DNA from: Gammaproteobacteria bacterium
Lineage (GTDB): Bacteria; Pseudomonadota; Gammaproteobacteria; S012-40
Direction of reading: 5' to 3'
DNA: 64,000 bases
Assembly (NCBI GenBank): GCA_919902765.1
Contig: CAKKRP010000043.1
Coordinates: 22,053 to 86,052, forward strand
Below, one piece after another: positions 13,117 through 21,528 of this stretch. The translations under genes were made by a program, and so were the position numbers. The notes under the pieces were generated by a model. The model saw only the letters and a list, made by a program, of their open reading frames with translations. It searched no databases and had not been told where the DNA came from. Each line of letters starts with the position of its first letter. The first letter of the stretch is position 1.

Positions 13117-15555
13117 TCAACCAGGGTTATGCAATTTGGCATCAAAATCATCTACGCGTATCACTTCTAGACGCAATTTTTCGTATTTCTGCCAGAAATC
13201 ATATTCAGCCTGAGTAATGACTTTATTGTGCAATGCGGCCGCTACTACACTTGCAATATCATAACCTTGTATGCGTTTTTCCTTACGCGCAAGGTGAATT
13301 TTTTTATCAATAACATCAACCTCATTTACCATTCCCATCGCTGCCTCCAAGCGGCCCAACGGCTCTTGGGTATCTGTAGGTATGAAAATTCCCCGTGTGA
13401 GACGGTCGCGCACATCGGATTTTGACAGCAGCAAATGTGCCGCTTGATGGCCTTGATGATCGCTCGCCGGTTTAAATGTGCGGCCCCACGGAAAGCACAA
13501 AAACTTCAATATGGTAGCGAGCATTCGATTTGGAAAGTTTGCCAAAATCCCATATATAGCGTCTTGCGCCAGAAACAGCAGATCATTACACGCCCAATGC
13601 AATAGCGGCAGTTCATCGGTGCGACGGCCTTGAGACTCAAAGTGTTTAAGCGTGGCCGAAAGGAGATATAACGCGCTCAGAACGTCGCCTAGACGAGCGG
13701 AAATTTTTTCTTTACGCTTTAACGCCCCGCCAAAATATAACATTGCGACATCGGATGTCAAGGCGAACACGCTACACAAGCGCGTCACATGTTGAAAATA
13801 CCGTCCCGCCGCACCGCCGGTGACACTGGGCGCCAGACGTGCGCCGGTTAACCCCATAAACAGCGCGCGCGCCGCATTGCTAATCACGAACAATATATGA
13901 TTCACAAATGCATGATCAAAATCTCGCGCCGCGCGTTTACGATCTTTATCTTGCGCCGCCTGCATCTCCTTTAAAATATAGGGATGGCAACGTATCGCGC
14001 CTTGTCCATAAATAATCAGCGAACGCGTGAGGATATTCGCGCCTTCGACGGTAATGCTAATGGGAATGGATTGATATATCTTGCCTAGTAAATTGCGTGG
14101 CCCTAGGCATATTCCGCCGCCACCATGAATATCCATCGCATCGTTGACTGCACGGCGCAGACGTTCGGTAAGATTGAATTTTAAAATCGCCGAAATCACC
14201 GACGGCTTTTCGCCCGCATCCAATGCGCCACAGCTCAATACGCGCGCCGCATCCATCATGTATGTGTATCCGGCGATGCGCGCCAGCGGTTCTTCTATGC
14301 CTTCGAACATGCCTATCGGTGTTTTAAATTGTTTGCGCACACGTCCGTATGCACCCATCGTCCGCCCCGAGTATTTCGCTCCACCGACGCTTAACGCGGG
14401 TAATGAAATGGCGCGACCGGCGGCCAAACATTCCATCAGCATGCGCCATCCTTGACCGGCTTGTTGCGCGCCGCCGATAATCCAATCGATGGGAATAAAC
14501 ACGTCTTTGCCAGAATTCGGGCCATTTTGAAATGCGATGTTTAACGGGTTGTGACGACGACCGATGTTGACGCCGGGGTGCTTGGTTGGAATCAAGACGC
14601 AGGTAATGCCCGGTTCTTCCGCGCTGCCGAGGAGATGTTCGGGGTCGTATAATTTAATCGCCAAGCCTAGCAAAGTCGCCACTGGTCCGAGCGTGATATA
14701 GCGTTTGTCCCAGGTCACGCGCATGCCGAGCACATTTTTTTGGCCGTCGAAATCGCCACGGCAGACGATGCCATAATCCGGAATCGAACTGGCGTCGCTA
14801 CCGGCCTCCGGGCTGGTCAAGGCAAAACAGGGGACTTCTAACCCCGTAGCGAGGCGCGGTAAATAATAGTCTTTTTGTTCTTTCGTGCCATAGTGCAGCA
14901 ACAATTCCGCAGGGCCTAACGAATTGGGAACCATCACCGTCACGGCGCTGGCGATACTACGGCTCGCAATCTTCATCACCACGCTGGAATGACCCAGCGC
15001 GGTAAACGCCAGGCCACCATATTCTTTAGGTATAATCATACCGAAAAATTTATTTTGTTTAATAAACTGCCATACCTCGGGCGACAGGTCCATGTCTTCA
15101 TGATTGATTTTATAATCATCAATCATCTTGCACAGTTGTTCTACCGGGCCGTCTAAAAAGGCCTGTTCTTGCGCATTCAGCGACGGATAATCGTATTTCA
15201 GCAATTTATTCCACGCCGGGCGTCCACTGAATAATTCCGCATCCCACCAAATACTTCCCGCCTCTATGGCCTCGCGTTCGGTGCGCGACATCGGCGGCAG
15301 GATGCGTCGAAATAGGGATAAAACGGGGGTGGTGATTAAACGCCTAAATAAAGGGACGTTCGCGAATAGGGCGAACACCAAAAATGCGCTTATGACGATA
15401 GATTGATCAGCGAGATTGACGTTTCCGCTCCATGCGCAATATGCGATGGCGAGCGCGATGCCGAGGGTCCAAACAAAAATTGTCGCTCGAAAATATGCCA
15501 GCACCCATATTGTCGCTATTACCGCTGTAATTGTTAGGTAAATAGGCATGATCAC
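13117..15555 (-). CDS. fadE: Acyl-CoA dehydrogenase
   Basis: N-terminal TM segments, PCFALTSPEAGSDA, ITVEGANILTR; 812 aa. Confidence 0.95.
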   Translation of the reverse strand: MIMPIYLTITAVIATIWVLAYFRATIFVWTLGIALAIAYCAWSGNVNLADQSIVISAFLVFALFANVPLFRRLITTPVLSLFRRILPPMSRTEREAIEAGSIWWDAELFSGRPAWNKLLKYDYPSLNAQEQAFLDGPVEQLCKMIDDYKINHEDMDLSPEVWQFIKQNKFFGMIIPKEYGGLAFTALGHSSVVMKIASRSIASAVTVMVPNSLGPAELLLHYGTKEQKDYYLPRLATGLEVPCFALTSPEAGSDASSIPDYGIVCRGDFDGQKNVLGMRVTWDKRYITLGPVATLLGLAIKLYDPEHLLGSAEEPGITCVLIPTKHPGVNIGRRHNPLNIAFQNGPNSGKDVFIPIDWIIGGAQQAGQGWRMLMECLAAGRAISLPALSVGGAKYSGRTMGAYGRVRKQFKTPIGMFEGIEEPLARIAGYTYMMDAARVLSCGALDAGEKPSVISAILKFNLTERLRRAVNDAMDIHGGGGICLGPRNLLGKIYQSIPISITVEGANILTRSLIIYGQGAIRCHPYILKEMQAAQDKDRKRAARDFDHAFVNHILFVISNAARALFMGLTGARLAPSVTGGAAGRYFQHVTRLCSVFALTSDVAMLYFGGALKRKEKISARLGDVLSALYLLSATLKHFESQGRRTDELPLLHWACNDLLFLAQDAIYGILANFPNRMLATILKFLCFPWGRTFKPASDHQGHQAAHLLLSKSDVRDRLTRGIFIPTDTQEPLGRLEAAMGMVNEVDVIDKKIHLARKEKRIQGYDIASVVAAALHNKVITQAEYDFWQKYEKLRLEVIRVDDFDAKLHNPG

Positions 15556-15725
15556 GAACCTCCTGTTGCCAAAAAATCGTCAATCTTAGACATACTTATC
15601 CCTGGCCCTGGTATATTGGACAGGGATTGTTCGCTATTAGCGGCGATCAGTTATAAAATCTTAAGCCTATTATGCAGTTAGCGCAATTTTTATTACGCAT
15701 TTATAGAGTTGCTAGAGGATATCGC

Positions 15726-16436
15726 ATGCGACAGGCCGGTCACAGCACGCAAATCAAGCTATTGATCGCCGTGCTTGGTTGTTTGGGATGGCGCATGGTG
15801 GTTGGGGAAACGCTGGGTGATGGACGCCAAGCTTATCTACGCCGTGATTACGCCAAGGCCATGCGTATATTATTGCCGCAGGCGCAGCAAGGTATCGCCA
15901 AGGCGCAAATATTGGTCGGCCGCATGCATTTGGACAATGCGGGCGTCAAAATAGATGTGGGCCAAGCCTTGATGTGGTTTCAAGCGGCCGCCATGCAGGG
16001 GGATGGCGAGGGGCAGGTGGCCTATGCGCATATGTTTCATAATGGACAGGGGACTAAGCGCGATTTTGCGCAGGCCTTGCGTTGGTACAATGAAGCGGCG
16101 TTGCAAGGCGATGCGGAAGCGGCCTATGAGTTGGCCAATATGTATGCGGCGGGTGAGGGTACGCGACAAGATTTTACGGTTGCAACACGCTGGTATCACG
16201 CGGCTGCGGAAAAAAAACATGCCAGCGCCATGTTTCGTTTGGGTGTCGCCCATGCGGAAGGCCGAGGAATCGTACGTGATTATATAAACGCCTATGTTTA
16301 CCTTAAATTAGCGGAAAAATTCGGGGTCGCCAAGGCGCGTGCGGCGCTGAATGTGGTGACGCCTAATTTGACAAAAAAAGACTTAGCAACCGCTAAGCAA
16401 CGCATACAATTGTGGTTGAACGGACATCCTGCATAA
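15726..16436 (+). CDS. Sel1-like repeat protein
   Basis: Repeated A..WY..AA.QG.A.A units; start uncertain (15672 or 15726). Confidence 0.85.
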   Translation: MRQAGHSTQIKLLIAVLGCLGWRMVVGETLGDGRQAYLRRDYAKAMRILLPQAQQGIAKAQILVGRMHLDNAGVKIDVGQALMWFQAAAMQGDGEGQVAYAHMFHNGQGTKRDFAQALRWYNEAALQGDAEAAYELANMYAAGEGTRQDFTVATRWYHAAAEKKHASAMFRLGVAHAEGRGIVRDYINAYVYLKLAEKFGVAKARAALNVVTPNLTKKDLATAKQRIQLWLNGHPA

Positions 16437-16549
16437 AAACGCCGCATATTAGTCATCTAAAGGCCCAATTAAGTCTGGACGACAAGTTACCCGAGACAAC
16501 TATTGTCCAACACTTTCGCGATGTTTAAATTCAAAAAGCAGGGGTTAGT

Positions 16550-17335
16550 ATGGATTTCCTGACGCAATTGCGACGCACATATATTGGCGAGCTGCCGGAA
16601 AGACTAAATTTATTGGAAGCGGATCTGCTCGCCGTTGAAAGCGTCGGCGACCCCGTTGGTGAAGTATACAACGCCATTTTTCGCAATGTCCATAGCATGA
16701 AAGGCAGCGGCGGCACCTACGGATTTTTTATCATCACCGCAATTTGTCATAAATTTGAAGATTATTTAACGTCGGCGTGCGGCGAAGGTACGCCGCATCT
16801 AAAAAAAGAAATAATCCCGAATTGTTTGCAATTCGTCGATCTGTTGCAAGAAGCCGCCGTCATCGGGATGCAGGGTCAAGATAATTTTAGCGCCCTCGAA
16901 CAAAAATTGGCGGCGCTTACGGATAAATTTATAACCAATACCCGACGCACGGCGATGATAGTCACCAATTCAAAATATATCGGGGGATTTTGTCAACGAA
17001 TCGCCGGTGAGTTGGGGGTCAAGGTGCAGCTTTCCGATAATAGTTATAACGCATTATTGCAATTGCTTTCGGCACCGTACGATATATTAATCACCGGCGC
17101 GGAAATGCCGTTGTTGACAGGTCGCGCATTAGTGGCGGCGGTAAAATTATCGGGACGAGCCGGTAAATCCACGCACACAATTTTGATTACAGCCAACACT
17201 GAAATTCTACAACAAGGCAATCGCAACACCGATCCAGATTACGTCCTATTAAAGGATGCAGACCTCGGATACCACCTAGAACAGTCTTTGCGCGCCATAT
17301 TGACTGCGGACGCGCGCAAAAAAATGGCCGGGTAA
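16550..17335 (+). CDS. Hpt domain plus degenerate receiver domain protein
   Basis: FRNVHSMKGSGG Hpt motif; REC-like YDILITGAEMP lacks the phosphoacceptor Asp. Confidence 0.8.
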   Translation: MDFLTQLRRTYIGELPERLNLLEADLLAVESVGDPVGEVYNAIFRNVHSMKGSGGTYGFFIITAICHKFEDYLTSACGEGTPHLKKEIIPNCLQFVDLLQEAAVIGMQGQDNFSALEQKLAALTDKFITNTRRTAMIVTNSKYIGGFCQRIAGELGVKVQLSDNSYNALLQLLSAPYDILITGAEMPLLTGRALVAAVKLSGRAGKSTHTILITANTEILQQGNRNTDPDYVLLKDADLGYHLEQSLRAILTADARKKMAG

Positions 17336-17431
17336 GGATAGATAAATCTATCTGAAGGCGAGTTCATCGAGTGGCATCGGAAACATTGCCTTAAATCATA
17401 GAGTTAGCGCTTAGCGCTAAAGGTGTGTCTA

Positions 17432-17459
17432 ATTTGACATAATATACATTATGCGTAGT
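17432..17459 (-). other. dif: dif site (XerC/XerD chromosome dimer resolution)
   Basis: Minus strand reads ACTACGCATAA-TGTATA-TTATGTCAAAT versus E. coli dif GGTGCGCATAA-TGTATA-TTATGTTAAAT (24/28); intergenic. Confidence 0.9.
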
Positions 17460-17586
17460 ATTACGACATGCCTAGGGCGCCTGCAAAACAAAGCGTAAAG
17501 AGCGTTGGGTTTCTGATGTTTCCAGGCCCAAATGCAACCAAAATGTTTCGCGCGACGTTTACTACACAGAGTCGCCAACGAAATTG

Positions 17587-17604
17587 TGTCTGAAATTGGA
17601 GACA
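17587..17604. promoter_or_regulatory. Putative TF box TGTC-N10-GACA, copy 1
   Basis: TGTCtgaAATTgGAGACA; related boxes at 17672 and 38919. Confidence 0.55.
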
Positions 17605-17671
17605 GACACCCCTTGCGAAGACCGTCATATGCCTAATTTTAGCGAAGCGAAAAATAATGCCATTGGTCGTT

Positions 17672-17689
17672 CGTCTCTAATTAGAGACA
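17672..17689. promoter_or_regulatory. Putative TF box, copy 2
   Basis: cGTCTCTAATTAGAGACA, containing a perfect 16-bp palindrome. Confidence 0.55.
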
Positions 17690-17825
17690 GTTGTTTAAAT
17701 TTGATGCATTTGTTAAATTGCAAGCCCGTACAATAACAAACAAATTCCTTTTTAAGAAGTGGATGGCCTGGCCGGACACGGCTCAGTAGAAATTCCGTGA
17801 TCCCGAAAATTTAGGTGGAGTTCTC

Positions 17826-19448
17826 ATGCCCAAAGTCGCTCACCTCGCTAGCGTTAACACCGATAGACGCGCATCACCACGACATAAAACCAATATCGCC
17901 TTGAAAATACGGCGTCAGGGCATGCTCGGTAAAAAAATATTGCACGGTAAAATCGTCGAACACAGCGAATACGGTGCGCAGTTAGTCGTCAAACAGCCGC
18001 TAAATAACGGCGATAAAATATATTTAGAATGGTCGAACGTAGTCGATGCGCGCAATGGAAACGCAGTCGATGCCGCCATTGCCGGTAAGGCGTCCGCCGT
18101 GGTGGTGCGTCAGATTTCTGCGTTAAATAACGGAAATAATCAAACATTACGCAGCGTTGGCGTCGCCTTGGATGTTGATCCGCCATTACGTAAGACGCGT
18201 CTGTTAGATAAGCTTACCTATGCCCTGCTTTGCGTGTTATTCGTATCGATCACCGCAAACATCGTATATTTAAAAGAGGTTAATGTAGAGTATTTTTGGT
18301 ATCAACCGTTTTTAAATATATATAGCTTAGTCGTTTCATTTTTTATTTTATCGAGATTCTTTTTGGCTATTTTTTATAGGCCGCCGAGCGATGTTCCTGG
18401 GTATTTGCCGACCGTTTCGGTCATTGTCGCTTGCAAAAATGAAGAAGACTCCATAGGGCGAACGTTGGATTGCATTTACGAATCCAATTACCCCTTGCAT
18501 CGTATGCAGGTCATCGCGGTCAACGATGGTTCTACGGATAGAACCTTGCAGGAAATGTTTAATGCGAAGCAACGCAATCCATCATTGATGGTTATAAATT
18601 TCGAAAAGAACCTCGGTAAGCGTCACGGCATGGCGGCAGGCGCGCGCGCAGCGACCGGCGAGATTTTGGTGTATATCGATTCAGACAGCTTTGTGCGAAA
18701 AAACACTATATACAAGATTGTGCAGGGCTTCCATGATGAAAGCGTGGGCGCCGTTTGTGGACACGCCGACGTACAAAACGCCAAAATAAACGCCCTGACA
18801 AAAATGCAGGACGTTCGATATTATATCGCCTTCCGCATTGTAAAGGCGGCGGAATCTATATTTTCCGCCGTTTCCTGTTGTTCCGGTTGTTTGGCGGCCT
18901 ATCGTCGTAGCTATGTACGTCCCATCTTGGATGTGTGGCTCAACCAAACCTTTATGGGGCAATCGGCGACATTTGGCGACGACCGTAGTTTGACTAATTA
19001 CATGTTGCGGCGCTACCGCGTGATTTACCATGCGGAGGCAATTTGCGCTACGATAGTGCCGGAAACGTATCGCGTTTTTTTTCGCCAGCAGCTACGCTGG
19101 AAAAAGTCATGGATACGCGAATGCTTCATCGCCTGCACATTTATGTGGCGCCGCCATCCGATGGCGGCGTTTTTCTTTTACCTTAGTGTGATATTTCCGT
19201 TGATGGCACCCGTCATCGTTTTTAATGCCGTCGCCATGCCTATTTTTTCCGGCACGATGGTCTCATTTGTGTACATATATGGGGCAATGCTTATTGCGGC
19301 GCTGAGCGGTGTGGTGTATTACGCCAAACATCGTGATAGCGTTTGGGTGTATGGTATGCATTTTACGCTATTCTATATGGCATTTTTGGTATGGCAAACT
19401 TATTACGCGCTGCTGACCGTTAGAAAAAATCATTGGGGCACACGTTAA
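17826..19448 (+). CDS. PilZ-domain processive GT2 synthase (hyaluronan synthase/NodC-like)
   Basis: N-terminal RRASPR and EHSEYG (PilZ-like); 2 TM; NDGS, IDSD, CCSGCLAAYRR, FGDDRSLTN, QQLRWKKSW; C-terminal TMs. Confidence 0.88.
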   Translation: MPKVAHLASVNTDRRASPRHKTNIALKIRRQGMLGKKILHGKIVEHSEYGAQLVVKQPLNNGDKIYLEWSNVVDARNGNAVDAAIAGKASAVVVRQISALNNGNNQTLRSVGVALDVDPPLRKTRLLDKLTYALLCVLFVSITANIVYLKEVNVEYFWYQPFLNIYSLVVSFFILSRFFLAIFYRPPSDVPGYLPTVSVIVACKNEEDSIGRTLDCIYESNYPLHRMQVIAVNDGSTDRTLQEMFNAKQRNPSLMVINFEKNLGKRHGMAAGARAATGEILVYIDSDSFVRKNTIYKIVQGFHDESVGAVCGHADVQNAKINALTKMQDVRYYIAFRIVKAAESIFSAVSCCSGCLAAYRRSYVRPILDVWLNQTFMGQSATFGDDRSLTNYMLRRYRVIYHAEAICATIVPETYRVFFRQQLRWKKSWIRECFIACTFMWRRHPMAAFFFYLSVIFPLMAPVIVFNAVAMPIFSGTMVSFVYIYGAMLIAALSGVVYYAKHRDSVWVYGMHFTLFYMAFLVWQTYYALLTVRKNHWGTR

Positions 19449-19453
19449 GCCGC

Positions 19454-21340
19454 ATGGGAAACGATAATGAAGCATTGAAGGCCCGAACTTTCGCTAAAGA
19501 CCGGCGCGCGTGGTTGATTTTGGTTATTGCAATAATAATTTCCGCGCTGTGGCTATATAACGATATACACACTATCGCCCACCCTCCCCCGGTTGCGCAT
19601 AGCGTGGTAGCGGAAAATGCGTCGCTAGCGGCGCTCTCCTACGGTCGGATAGTTGAAGAGCGCGACGGGCAAAATATTACTATCGCACAGTTGAAGGATC
19701 AATTAACCGCGCTCGCGCATGAGGGATATAAAACTATCTCGATGAGCGAGTTACGCGCGTTGCTGAGTGAAGGGAAAGGTATACCGCCTAAGTCATTGGT
19801 ATTGGTTTTTGAATATGGGTACCTAGATTATTTTCGTTTAGTGGATCCGTTGCTAGAACATTTAGGTTGGCGGGCCACCGTGTCTTTATTAACGACGCGA
19901 CAACAAGCCCACGACACGACGTATTTGTATTGGGATAGGCTGCGCAAAATGGTGAATTCCGGACGCTGGGAGATCGCTACAATGGGCCATAAAAGCATGG
20001 ATACCGTGCCGATTGACGGATCGGGGAACGTTGGCCGCTTTGCGTTTGATCGAGCTTGGCTGGCACAAAATAATCGTTTGGAATCGGATGAAGAGATGTC
20101 CAAACGTATCGTTAACGATTTCGATAAAAGCAGGTCATATATCGAGAAACAGGGATTCGACGCGATTGCAACGAGTTACCCGTTCGGTTTGTCGATGCCG
20201 GTGGCATCGAAAATCATTCATCAATTTGAGATGGAAAATATAAACAATGTTAAACCGAAATTGGCGTTTATAAACAATATCATGGGGCTGAACGATCATT
20301 ATTCAAATCCGGTTAGACTGAATAAACTGCATATCGCTCGGTCGTGGACGGGGAAAGTGTTGTTGGATAGGATACAGGTTACCACCCGTCCCACTTTGGA
20401 TTTAGGACACAACGTTTGGTTGGCGGATCGCGGCGATATGATAAATAACCCACATCATTTGACGCTTACCGGCGGTCAAACAAATAGCCTGTGGTTAGCG
20501 GGTAGTCAATGGGCGGGTTGTTGGAAGTTCAGCGCAAAGGTGCGCGCTAAGCATGGCGAATGGTGGATATCCCAAAGGGATTGGTCTACCGGAGCGGAAT
20601 GGCGATTTGGCGGAGGTGCTGAAGGTTTATCTATTAGACTTACCTCGCCGCAAGGTGAGGTATTAAGCGTTGCCCAAGCGGCGGGCGTCGGTTTATCGGC
20701 GACCGCGACGAGTTTAAGCATTATTAAACGTGGCGCCGGTGTTTGGATAGAACTGAATAGCCAGCCGTTATTCTCTATGCCGCAATATTTGCAAACAGCG
20801 ATACGTGGGGAAATGGGGATGTCGGCGTGGGCGTCTTCAGGCGAAGCGGACGTATATATCGACGATGTAAATTATTCGACCTTGCCATGCACAACGCTGG
20901 CGATTAACGGAAATCCATCGGAAGCGGAACTACAGACTCTCGCCGATGCCGCAGCCAATTTGGAGGCGATCAATGTACCCGTTTATGAAATAAATGGGAG
21001 CGCAATGAGAGCGCTTCCGTTAGATCAAGATTTATTACGTGTAATCGCCCATCGTTATGCGTTATCTATAGTCGCAGATATCAAAGTAAATACACAAAAT
21101 ACCGATGCTGAAAATTACCAGGCATGGATGGATAAAGTCATCATTCAAATAACACCTCAAGAATGGCGGGGTCTGGCGTTGCGGGTTGATGTGGCGGATC
21201 AAACGAAATGGTCACCCGCGTGGGTTGCTACGCTTGAAAAATTGCGGCAGCGCGCCAAAGGAATAGGCAAGGTTGTTGAAATAAACGATTCCGATATGCT
21301 GAGAAAAAGTCAACAAAGCGCGATTTCCGGTATTTACTAA
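19454..21340 (+). CDS. Membrane-anchored degenerate polysaccharide deacetylase with beta-sandwich and degenerate GH18-like domains
   Basis: N-terminal TM; QLTALAHEGYKTISMSEL and GRWEIA (PgaB/IcaB-like) but VFEYG replaces TFDDG; C-terminal domain calls are tentative. Confidence 0.7.
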   Translation: MGNDNEALKARTFAKDRRAWLILVIAIIISALWLYNDIHTIAHPPPVAHSVVAENASLAALSYGRIVEERDGQNITIAQLKDQLTALAHEGYKTISMSELRALLSEGKGIPPKSLVLVFEYGYLDYFRLVDPLLEHLGWRATVSLLTTRQQAHDTTYLYWDRLRKMVNSGRWEIATMGHKSMDTVPIDGSGNVGRFAFDRAWLAQNNRLESDEEMSKRIVNDFDKSRSYIEKQGFDAIATSYPFGLSMPVASKIIHQFEMENINNVKPKLAFINNIMGLNDHYSNPVRLNKLHIARSWTGKVLLDRIQVTTRPTLDLGHNVWLADRGDMINNPHHLTLTGGQTNSLWLAGSQWAGCWKFSAKVRAKHGEWWISQRDWSTGAEWRFGGGAEGLSIRLTSPQGEVLSVAQAAGVGLSATATSLSIIKRGAGVWIELNSQPLFSMPQYLQTAIRGEMGMSAWASSGEADVYIDDVNYSTLPCTTLAINGNPSEAELQTLADAAANLEAINVPVYEINGSAMRALPLDQDLLRVIAHRYALSIVADIKVNTQNTDAENYQAWMDKVIIQITPQEWRGLALRVDVADQTKWSPAWVATLEKLRQRAKGIGKVVEINDSDMLRKSQQSAISGIY

Positions 21341-21468
21341 GAACTACGTCAATAAAGCCACATACCTGTCGGCGGGACGCCGTGAATACGTCCCTGTAGG
21401 CTTGACGGCGGCATCCCTGCCGCCGACACCCGCCGACAGGTATGTGGCTTTATTGACGACAACATTAG
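21337..21468. mobile_element. MITE with TA flanks (IS630/Tc1-like)
   Basis: Perfect 30-bp inverted repeat 21347-21376 / 21429-21458; CTAA...TTAG ends flanked by TA on both sides; internal GGCGGCA-TCCC-TGCCGCC hairpin. Confidence 0.75.
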
Positions 21469-21528
21469 TAAGTTGGTTTTGTGCAAGTAATGTTTGCGGT
21501 GTTATTGTCCTTTTATGAGTAACGTATC

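Noticed and set aside
17370..17390. TGGC...TTGC sigma-54-like element
   Set aside because: Spacing is 10 nt rather than the required 7
17826..19448. Naming the synthase hasA, nodC or pgaC
   Set aside because: The motifs are shared across these families and the partner genes (hasB, nodAB, pgaD) are absent, so product identity is unresolved
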